Below the pieces are notes generated by a model that searched no databases, was not told where the DNA came from, and saw only the letters and a program-made list of their open reading frames with translations. Of a stretch of 54,777 nt of DNA, positions 53,946 through 54,777 are shown in pieces. The DNA lies in the NCBI GenBank assembly GCA_965366355.1, contig CBDUEZ010000001.1, positions 1 through 54,777 of the forward strand, in the 5' to 3' direction. A program made the translations under genes and the position numbers. This DNA is from an uncultured bacterium. Its GTDB lineage: Bacteria; Gemmatimonadota; Gemmatimonadetes; Longimicrobiales; Gaopeijiaceae. The stretch's first letter is position 1, and every line of letters starts with the position of its first letter.

Positions 53946-54673
53946 TCCTCGTCTCCGCCCGCGCTCTCGGCCGCGATCTCCGCCTGGAGCTGCGACACGA
54001 GGGCCTGGATCTCCAGGTACATCTCGCCGATGGACGGCGCCGACACCCGGTGTACTTCACCGTTGCCACGGGTCACCAGGACGGTCGGCGTACCCGTCAC
54101 ACCCAGACCCTGTCCGAGCTGCATGTTCGCCGTGACCACATCGGCGAAGGCATCGGACCGCAGGCAGCCTCGGAACGAAGCCTGATCCAGTCCCACTGCG
54201 GCGGCATAGTCTTCGAAGGCGCCCACCGGCGCTGACGCCGAGAACGACCAGGCCGACTGATTGCGGAACAGTTCGTCGTGATACTCCCAGAACATGCCCT
54301 GGGAGTCGGCACAGCGCGCAGCGCGAGCCGCGAGAAAGGCGTGCGGGTGAATCGACGTCAGCGGAAAGTCGTAGAAGGAGAACTGCGCCATACCGGTATC
54401 GATGTACCCGACGGCGAGCTGAGGCTTGACGGTTCCCGAGAACGCCATGCAGCCGGGACACTGGAAGTCCGCGAATTCGAGAATCGTGATCGGAGCGTCG
54501 TCATTTCCGAGATGAATCCCAGGCGCCATGCTCGCGAGCTGGTTCATGTCGGTGATCTCGAGCTCGATGGGAGCCGTGACCATGTCGTCGGTGCCACCGC
54601 CCGACCGAACGCTGAATAGGACGGCTCCCAACACCGCCAGGCCTACAACCACTCCGATAATCTTCCCGTTCAT
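53942..54673 (-). CDS. Membrane-anchored DsbA/BdbD-like thioredoxin-fold protein
   Basis: Motifs GNDDAPITILEFADFQCPGC, DFPL, ARAARCA and GVTGTPT. Confidence 0.92.
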   Translation of the reverse strand: MNGKIIGVVVGLAVLGAVLFSVRSGGGTDDMVTAPIELEITDMNQLASMAPGIHLGNDDAPITILEFADFQCPGCMAFSGTVKPQLAVGYIDTGMAQFSFYDFPLTSIHPHAFLAARAARCADSQGMFWEYHDELFRNQSAWSFSASAPVGAFEDYAAAVGLDQASFRGCLRSDAFADVVTANMQLGQGLGVTGTPTVLVTRGNGEVHRVSAPSIGEMYLEIQALVSQLQAEIAAESAGGDED

Positions 54674-54777
54674 ACCTGGATCTCCAGTGTACCGGCGCTC
54701 GAACTCCGGGCCTGGCCCGGGAGGAACCGAAAGATGCCGTCCCCGGGGGGCGGGATCAAGGAAGTCGGCTCGTCTGG

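Noticed and set aside
1-54777. tRNA, rRNA or other known structural RNA genes
   Set aside because: I recognised no cloverleaf or rRNA-like sequence in the short intergenic gaps. An Rfam/tRNAscan search would be needed to exclude small ncRNAs.

Overview
High-GC bacterial chromosomal window of about 45 tightly packed protein-coding genes. The gene content and order suggest a Gemmatimonadota-like organism, but that is inference only. I see no rRNA, tRNA, transposase, integrase or CRISPR-Cas. From left to right: (1) a structured non-coding element, made of six alternating A/B hairpin repeats and a 30-bp inverted repeat capped by GAA mini-hairpins, whose flanks are C-poor on the minus strand; (2) an NHEJ locus with ku and a PE-LIG-POL ligD, interleaved with a MerR-HTH/TPR gene that appears to start at CTG, a signal-peptide-bearing RidA-family gene, a GH3 hexosaminidase and a cation-chloride cotransporter; (3) a MASE1 hybrid kinase and a lipoprotein HpcH-type aldolase; (4) an uncharacterised exported three-gene operon (diheme DUF1592-type cytochrome c, DUF1552, ankyrin protein); (5) assorted hydrolases, beta-barrels, transporters (DAACS, TctCBA, CaCA, two MFS), rof and mtgA; (6) a receiver fused to a degenerate PIG-L domain; (7) a housekeeping run of M1 peptidase, accA, ricT/yaaT, metG, M23, two motif-less M16 proteins, a lipoprotein, fadJ-like, DUF402 and DsbA-like genes. 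Several starts were moved from the ORF track to better-supported codons. All family calls come from recognising motifs by eye; no database search was run.
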